NCBI GenBank assembly: GCA_003649205.1
Contig: QMRC01000006.1
Span: 1-64,000 of the forward strand
From: Thermoprotei archaeon
GTDB lineage: Archaea; Thermoproteota; Thermoprotei; Thermoproteales; B15-G16
Direction of reading: 5' to 3'
DNA: 64,000 nt
The translations under genes and the position numbers were made by a program. The notes under the pieces are model-generated. The model was not told the DNA's origin and did no database searches. It was given only the letters and a program-made list of their open reading frames with translations. Of the stretch, positions 58,212 to 64,000 are shown piece by piece (position 1 is the first letter of the stretch; every line of letters starts with the position of its first letter).

Positions 58212-58246
58212 ATTCTTCACGGATCTGCCTCGCCTGGGCTCATCAT
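58198..58246 (-). ncRNA. Box C/D sRNA predicted to target 16S rRNA; integration target of the provirus
   Basis: ATGATGA, guide GCCCAGGCGAGG, CAGA, tcc, GTGAAGA, guide ATTCAGCCTTGT, CTGA; guides complementary to conserved archaeal 16S CGCCUGGG and GCAAGGCUGAA. Confidence 0.88.
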
Positions 58247-58290
58247 AAAGCAGCCAATTACCTACTCTCGAGACCCTCTAATAAAGATCA

Positions 58291-59049
58291 CTAATCAGCA
58301 ATCACATACCTAACCTCACCAGTGAAGCACCACTCACTCTCATCACTACGTTTGAGATCCACATCTACACACTTCTGCTGAAGATACAGTATTAGTTCTC
58401 GACTCGGGATTGCCTCACTAGGTAGTGAATCAAGAACACGTCTATACTGTACAGCTATGATTCCATCGAAGTACTTACTTAGCTCCTCAACTGACTCAAC
58501 AACCTTACTCTCTGGAATTAACTCAATACCGAAGAGGATGTAAGCAATGAAGCTAACCTCATCACCATAAACTTCACGACATTTCTCCCTAAGAGCATTC
58601 AACCTCACAATCTCACTCTGAGGAATACCCTTACACAACACAGCATTTCTCAGGTACTCATCCCAAACCTCAATACCAACCCTAATAACGAGCCTACTAG
58701 GTTTAAGCAGCTCAAGCACCTGTCTCACAGAGTCAAAACTTAGGTACTCAGGTCTAGACTCAATATCCACAATTCTACCACAGGTAAATCTAGAGAGCTT
58801 GAGCACGGTATCCAGAGGTAGCTCAAAGAATGAACCACCATTAAATACAGTAATTCTCTCAATACTAAACCTCAGGGTAGCATCTTCCAGAAGCGACAAT
58901 ATCTTGTCATTTGTCTGAATTACATCGGATAGTGAGTTACCTGCCTCAAGGAAGAAGGGACAGAAGACACATCTACCCCAACGACATCTAAATCCCTTGA
59001 GTATCACGATAGCTCTCTTCCTAGATCTCTCAATCACAACACCTAGCAC
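58291..59049 (-). CDS. Radical SAM protein, RaSEA/TIGR01210-like (archaeosine pathway), compact
   Basis: CRWGRCVFC, FNGGSFF, ESRPEY, GIE, LCKG. Confidence 0.7.
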   Translation of the reverse strand: MLGVVIERSRKRAIVILKGFRCRWGRCVFCPFFLEAGNSLSDVIQTNDKILSLLEDATLRFSIERITVFNGGSFFELPLDTVLKLSRFTCGRIVDIESRPEYLSFDSVRQVLELLKPSRLVIRVGIEVWDEYLRNAVLCKGIPQSEIVRLNALREKCREVYGDEVSFIAYILFGIELIPESKVVESVEELSKYFDGIIAVQYRRVLDSLPSEAIPSRELILYLQQKCVDVDLKRSDESEWCFTGEVRYVIAD

Positions 59050-59746
59050 TGAGAATCTCCCTCAAACCACTAATTAACTTACTCAAACTAGTTGGAGTTA
59101 TGAGTATGAGATCTGGATCATCGTAGTAACCACCTAGAGATACCTCATCAAGCTCATGAGGAGGTACCTCATTAACTCTCGCAGCTAAGTTCTTAACCTC
59201 AATACCTAGCATGGAACAAGCACGCTCTAGAGCAGCATAGCTATCTGAATCCCACCTTAGATACGACACAAAGCACTCATAATAACTCCTAAATCTACTC
59301 AGGAACAATCTCAATCTCTCACAGGTAACCTCCCTATAGAGTACCTTCACTTCACTAGTTTCATACTTAGGATTCCAGTCATACGCACAATAGGGGTAGT
59401 ACTCTTCAAGCTCTCTCGGTACGATACCGGCATTCGTTATAATGACTTGATGAATATCCTCGTAGTACCTACCTAACGACTTCAAAGCCCTAATTATGAA
59501 GTAGTGTATGTAGGATTGAGAGTACGGCTTACCGTAAGCACATGGTAGGAAGAGACAGACTCTATACCTCTTCCTTGGCTTCCACTCAGTTAGTAATCTC
59601 TTAAAACCCTCTTCAAAGAATGGGTGCTTAAGGTACCTAAGACCTACACCTCTGAGGAATTCCCTACCATCACCAGACCAGATAAGTTCGTGACCATCCC
59701 AAATAACGTACAAGCTAGATCCCTCAAGAAGTTCTCCACAAACCAA
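59030..59746 (-). CDS. Stand-alone ArcS core-like (DUF5591) protein
   Basis: LFLPCAYGKPYSQSYIH, GIVPRELE..YP..YD; no TGT-like or PUA domain. Confidence 0.75.
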   Translation of the reverse strand: MVCGELLEGSSLYVIWDGHELIWSGDGREFLRGVGLRYLKHPFFEEGFKRLLTEWKPRKRYRVCLFLPCAYGKPYSQSYIHYFIIRALKSLGRYYEDIHQVIITNAGIVPRELEEYYPYCAYDWNPKYETSEVKVLYREVTCERLRLFLSRFRSYYECFVSYLRWDSDSYAALERACSMLGIEVKNLAARVNEVPPHELDEVSLGGYYDDPDLILITPTSLSKLISGLREILSARCCD

Positions 59747-59799
59747 TACACTCTAATAATTCTTAGCAATTCTTCCCCTAAAGAATAGGTCAAGACGAG

Positions 59800-59997
59800 G
59801 TGATGTATTTGTCAACTAAGAAACGTGAAGAGAGATGGGGTACGTGCCCGAAGTGTGGTGGAGGATTGAGAAGGAGAAATCACCCAGAGATATTCCAGTG
59901 TAGGAAGTGTGGTACGTACTTCTGTGGTAGGTGTTGGAAGGCAGAATTCATGTCCTATGCAGAAGCTTTAGAGCACTTAAAGGACTGTACTGGTTAA
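59800..59997 (+). CDS. Small zinc-finger protein
   Basis: CPKC, CRKC, CGRC, H..C; GAGGTGA RBS. Confidence 0.65.
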   Translation: MMYLSTKKREERWGTCPKCGGGLRRRNHPEIFQCRKCGTYFCGRCWKAEFMSYAEALEHLKDCTG

Positions 59998-60026
59998 GGT
60001 GATGTACTCTGAATAACTTATCCTAT

Positions 60027-61778
60027 GTGCTTGGCAGTGTATTTAGGGATTCTGGTGTCCAAGTACTTGCTGTTGAGGGTAGAGCACTACAGAGTAAGAT
60101 CGTTAGTGCAATTATCCAAAGTTGTAGGGAGATGAACATCAATGTCATTGTGCTACCTAGTGGTAGAGACGTGGTCCTATCATCAGTCGCTACTTCAAGT
60201 ACTTTCCTGCGTACTCTAGCAGTGATATCTCATGAAGGTTTTGCAGAGTCTCTCGATGTACTTGAGAAAGTGAGTAGAGTAGGTTGCAGAGGTGCTTTAG
60301 TGATAACAGTTGTCGATGAATTTAGACAAGATATCCGTGTACTGGCTTCAGCCCTAAAGCTTCCAGTACTAGAGCTATCAACAGCTAGCTACATCCCGTT
60401 GATCTACAGTAATTGCTTTGAGTGGAGTGAAGCAGCAGAGCTACCATACGTAGTTAGGTTGTTATGTCCCTTAGTGTGGTCTAAGGTTGAGTACCGTGGT
60501 GAAGGTATTGAGAGGTTACCTAGAACACCTGTCTTCAACAAGCACTGGCACAGAGTGTATAGGTGGGTACCTGAGCTACATGATAGGTACTCTGTGAATC
60601 TGCAGGAGGTTGATAGGTGTCGCGATGTTGCTAGAGCTTTTGCAGAGTTGGGTACTCTATGTAGGGAGTGGGGTAGTGGTGATACCTGTGTTATTAGTAG
60701 TGGCTTTGCTAGGTTCTGTATTGAGTTAGGTGGTGTCTGTTTCCTAGATGTACCTTACGTGTATCCTTTTCCTCGGGAACTTCTTAGGAAGCAACTTCAT
60801 GAGTATCGTAGAGCTATTGTTGTTGAGATTGGTGTTGCTTCCTACCTCAGTGATTTGGTTAAGTCTATTTTACCGAGTGGAGTTGATGTAGTGACTATTA
60901 TTGGCAATGATATTGTTGATGCTGTGAATAAGTTGTCAGCTGTACTTAGGTGTACCGTGAAGGGTGTTGAGTTGATTAATGGTCTCGAGAGGTATAGTGA
61001 GGCAAGGAGTACAGTTAGTGAGGAGTGTTGTGGTTGCGGTTTAGTTGCTCTTGCTTATGCTCTGTACCGAGTACTTAGGGATAGGGGTGATGTACCTGTT
61101 ATCGTATTTGATAGGGGGTGCCTCGGTAGGCTGTTAATGAGATTTAGAGGGGATTTGAAGCCAAATTACTCAATACTTTCAACATCGTACTCGATTGATG
61201 ATGTAGGGGATATAGGGGATATTTCTCTAGCACCTAGGTCAGCAATTACGACATCTATTGGGTATGCAGTAGCTAGGTATCGTGATGGTCCTATCCTCTG
61301 TGTATCTGATGGTCTTAACTTCCTCACTCAAATCCATAGTATTAAGGTGTTGAGGAGGGTTGGTGATGTTAAGTTACTTATTGTGGTCACTAGAGGGTAC
61401 AGTGGATCTGAGCTGTTTGAGGATCTTGACGCTGTGAAGTTGCTTGAGGTCCTTGGGTATTCTCGTGAGGAGGTTCTGGTTACTGATTCAGGTAGTGTTA
61501 ATGAGCTAGTTGAGTTCTTGAGTAAGTTACTTAGTAGGCCTGAGGTTAGAGCTATGGTGTATCTAGTCAATTGTCGTAAGGGTAGAGAAGTTGTTTGTAG
61601 AGGAGTTGTCGAGTTTATTGCTGAGAACTGTGATGCTTGTGGTGAGTGCCTTAAGGTCCCTTGTCCTGCTATCGAAATTTCTGAAACAGGGACACCAGTA
61701 ATTAAGCGTGAGCTCTGTATTGGTTGTGGTATATGTTGTGAGGTCTGTACTAGAGGTGCTTTGAAACTTGCGCAGTAG
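60027..61778 (+). CDS. Divergent IorA-like 2-oxoacid:ferredoxin oxidoreductase alpha subunit
   Basis: Overall layout, DRGC, SDG in place of GDS/GDG, C-terminal 2x[4Fe-4S]. Confidence 0.65.
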   Translation: MLGSVFRDSGVQVLAVEGRALQSKIVSAIIQSCREMNINVIVLPSGRDVVLSSVATSSTFLRTLAVISHEGFAESLDVLEKVSRVGCRGALVITVVDEFRQDIRVLASALKLPVLELSTASYIPLIYSNCFEWSEAAELPYVVRLLCPLVWSKVEYRGEGIERLPRTPVFNKHWHRVYRWVPELHDRYSVNLQEVDRCRDVARAFAELGTLCREWGSGDTCVISSGFARFCIELGGVCFLDVPYVYPFPRELLRKQLHEYRRAIVVEIGVASYLSDLVKSILPSGVDVVTIIGNDIVDAVNKLSAVLRCTVKGVELINGLERYSEARSTVSEECCGCGLVALAYALYRVLRDRGDVPVIVFDRGCLGRLLMRFRGDLKPNYSILSTSYSIDDVGDIGDISLAPRSAITTSIGYAVARYRDGPILCVSDGLNFLTQIHSIKVLRRVGDVKLLIVVTRGYSGSELFEDLDAVKLLEVLGYSREEVLVTDSGSVNELVEFLSKLLSRPEVRAMVYLVNCRKGREVVCRGVVEFIAENCDACGECLKVPCPAIEISETGTPVIKRELCIGCGICCEVCTRGALKLAQ

Positions 61779-62577
61779 GTACCTGTATGGCTATCCTGTG
61801 ATTGCTGTTCTTGGCTACAAGAATTCCGGTAAGACAACCCTGATATCTCTACTAGTTAATTCACTACAGAGACGTGGGGTTAAGGTTGGTGTCATAAAGC
61901 ACATTGCTGATAAGTACTTCACTATTGATACACCCGGTACTGATACATGGAAGTTTAGGGGATGCGGTAGCAGTGTTGTTGGGTATGTTGCAGATAGTGG
62001 TGAGGCTGGTCTCTATGGTGATCTTGGTGATCTAGGTATGTTACTTAGGTTCTTCCTTGAGCTAGGTTGTGAGGTTGTTTTTCTTGAGGGGTTCAGTAGG
62101 TGGGTTAGGGATAGGGGTGATGTTGCTAAGATAGTGTGTGTAAGAGGTTATTCTGAGGTTTCAGAGCTTACTGAAGGTGTTGTGAATGTAATTGCGGTGT
62201 GTAGTCCATACGTTTCTGGTGATGGTATTGTTAAGCTACCTGAACAATTTAATGAGGTTTTAACGAGAGTTCTAAAGTACGTAGAGCTTCAACGTAAGGT
62301 ACGTGAGGTACTAACTCAGCTACCAGGTCTGGACTGTGGGAAATGCGGTTTACGATGTTGCGGTGAGTTTGCTCTTGCTGTGGTTAGGGGTTTAAGGAAG
62401 TTAGAGGAGTGTAGAGCTAGAGGCGGAAGTTTATCTAGGGTCACTGTTAGGGGTCGTGAAGTTGCTCTTAATAGGTTTGTATCTAAGCTACTTCACGATA
62501 TTGTGCTTGCTATCTTGAAGAATTTGAAAGGTGTTGAGGTAACAGGTGCTGAACACATTGAGGTGATTGTAGAGTGA
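61768..62577 (+). CDS. mobB: Molybdopterin-guanine dinucleotide biosynthesis protein MobB with Fe-S domain
   Basis: GYKNSGKTT, IKH, DTPGTDT, LEGF, LPGLDCGKCG. Confidence 0.9.
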   Translation: MRSRYLYGYPVIAVLGYKNSGKTTLISLLVNSLQRRGVKVGVIKHIADKYFTIDTPGTDTWKFRGCGSSVVGYVADSGEAGLYGDLGDLGMLLRFFLELGCEVVFLEGFSRWVRDRGDVAKIVCVRGYSEVSELTEGVVNVIAVCSPYVSGDGIVKLPEQFNEVLTRVLKYVELQRKVREVLTQLPGLDCGKCGLRCCGEFALAVVRGLRKLEECRARGGSLSRVTVRGREVALNRFVSKLLHDIVLAILKNLKGVEVTGAEHIEVIVE

Positions 62578-62582
62578 TGTAG

Positions 62583-63350
62583 TTAGAACAGTGGAGCTAG
62601 TACGTAGCATGCCGCAGAGACCACTAGTGGAAGTGTTAAGTTATCTTCTGGACTGTATGCTTCTGTCACTACGGCTATTGAAGCTACGATTACCGATACT
62701 GTTGGTTCCAGACCAAGTGCTACTAATATCACAGCGAATACGAATGCTGTTATGAACATCGCTGGTAAGCTAGTCTTCGAGTGGGGTATGGTGTACCCAT
62801 TTAGCACCCTTGTGAGTATTGGTGAGAGAGCATCCACTATAGCTAGGGATAGAATTCCGTACATGACATATTCATTAAACAGTATATAGGAGATGAGAAC
62901 TGAAAGAGAGCCAAAGGTCGCTCCAATATAACCTGTTTTCTTCTCGTAATCACGCTCTATACTCGAAATAATTGATGTAACTGTGGTCTCGAACTTAACT
63001 ATGTGCATCTCCACGTCACGAATTAACTTACTCAATTCCTTAATCGGTACTGGAGTTCTCTGAAGACTCACTTGAAGACCTTCAAAGATCTTTCTACGTG
63101 CTTCCACAATTCTCCTTCTCAATTCCTCTGTGAGTAAGGGTGCTCTTACCTGGAAACTATTTACGAAAGCACATGAGAAGCAAACTAATGAATAGATGAG
63201 GGTTGTTACCTCATGTGGTGAGGACCCATACTGCGCAAGTACTCCAGCATACAGCTTCGGAGCTATGAGTGCTACAAGTAGTAGGAGACACAATGTTGTG
63301 TGAATGCTCTTTCTAATAATTAGCGTCTTAAGCGAGTCCGACATGACCAC
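62583..63350 (-). CDS. Dolichol/phytol kinase-like (CTP transferase family) membrane protein
   Basis: RKSIH, ERDYE, VDAL, SKT, EDNLTLP. Confidence 0.75.
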   Translation of the reverse strand: MVMSDSLKTLIIRKSIHTTLCLLLLVALIAPKLYAGVLAQYGSSPHEVTTLIYSLVCFSCAFVNSFQVRAPLLTEELRRRIVEARRKIFEGLQVSLQRTPVPIKELSKLIRDVEMHIVKFETTVTSIISSIERDYEKKTGYIGATFGSLSVLISYILFNEYVMYGILSLAIVDALSPILTRVLNGYTIPHSKTSLPAMFITAFVFAVILVALGLEPTVSVIVASIAVVTEAYSPEDNLTLPLVVSAACYVLAPLF

Positions 63351-63419
63351 TAGTCAGTATCACTACAGCAAGGTACTATTAAATGTGACCTACCTTAGAC
63401 CTAGCTTTGCTGAACTGAA

Positions 63420-63471
63420 TCAGACAATAGCCCCCAGCTCCTCATCGCTCAGTGGTAGGTCTCTTCATCAC
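63420..63471 (-). ncRNA. Candidate box C/D sRNA overlapping the glycosyltransferase stop codon
   Basis: GTGATGA, guide AGAGACCTACCA, CTGA, GCGATGA, GGAGCTGGGGGCTATTGT, CTGA; second guide longer than usual. Confidence 0.6.
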
Positions 63472-64000
63472 CTACTAGAACTAACTTCCTGAGGTACTTA
63501 ATGTACATATCGCGGAGTTGCATAATAACCTCCCTAACCCGTGTAGCACTAGATCTAGCTCTCTGAACTAGTGATTCATCACTCGAGAGCACAAGTAGAA
63601 GGCTCAACAACTCACCAATATTACTCGCTACCAGTAGAGCACCATTACCCAGGAGCTTGAGGTATGGATCGGGTACTGCTCTAGCTAAAGCAACTACAGG
63701 AAGACCTAGATAGAGAGACTTAACGATCTTAGACCTAGAACCAAATAAACCCTTAACCTGAGGAATGACGACAATACTACCCCCAACAACATCCTCTAAA
63801 CTAGGAACCTCACCAACTAATTCACAGAACTTAACAAACTTAGAAACCAACCTAGTAACCCTACCAACAACTCTACATCTCAACGCAACACCAACACGCT
63901 TCAAAGCACCTACAACACGATCCAACACAAAAACAGCCTCAACATTAGGCTCAAAATCACTACCAAAGAAAACAAAAGTAGGTTCAGCAAATCTAGGACC
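63449..64000 (-). CDS. GT4-family glycosyltransferase, C-terminal part (5' end outside window)
   Basis: Frame open to window edge; FFGSDFEPN, KIVKSLYLGLPVV. Confidence 0.65.
   Translation of the reverse strand, partial: GPRFAEPTFVFFGSDFEPNVEAVFVLDRVVGALKRVGVALRCRVVGRVTRLVSKFVKFCELVGEVPSLEDVVGGSIVVIPQVKGLFGSRSKIVKSLYLGLPVVALARAVPDPYLKLLGNGALLVASNIGELLSLLLVLSSDESLVQRARSSATRVREVIMQLRDMYIKYLRKLVLVGDEETYH

Noticed and set aside
58291-59997. ArcS/RaSEA-like genes as part of the provirus
   Set aside because: They lie outside attR, contain GATC sites and lack GACAGGT enrichment, so they look host-like.
1-64000. rRNA, tRNA or IS transposase genes
   Set aside because: None recognised by eye; a tRNAscan-SE/Infernal run would be needed to exclude split or intron-rich tRNAs.

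Overview
Archaeal chromosome segment, most consistent with a hyperthermophilic Thermoproteota (Crenarchaeota) member: Alba, arcadin-1, Rpo6, thermosome, several box C/D sRNAs, GGAGGTGA-type RBS. Bases 1-47400 and 58250-64000 are mostly housekeeping: NikR/Hyp hydrogenase maturation with a strongly degenerate HypD, an Mtd-type methylene-H4MPT dehydrogenase, hom-lysC-asd, an oligopeptide ABC transporter with a circularly permuted binding protein, Moco/Wco biosynthesis, and ArcS-like plus RaSEA-like archaeosine genes. The main discovery is a ~10.8 kb provirus (47408-58211) bounded by a perfect 17-bp direct repeat. Its att core is the 3' end (D guide and D box) of a host box C/D sRNA gene, not a tRNA. 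It encodes an intact tyrosine integrase, wHTH/RHH regulators, a B251-like ATPase, a tandemly duplicated spindle-virus-type capsid protein, a glycosylated spike-like protein, a basic nucleoprotein and a TGT-fold DpdA-like 7-deazaguanine DNA-modification enzyme. It also carries a K-turn ncRNA, an ATTGGAACCAAT repeat array, about 38 copies of GACAGGT and no GATC that I could find. All counts were made by eye, and all family assignments come from motif recognition, not database searches.
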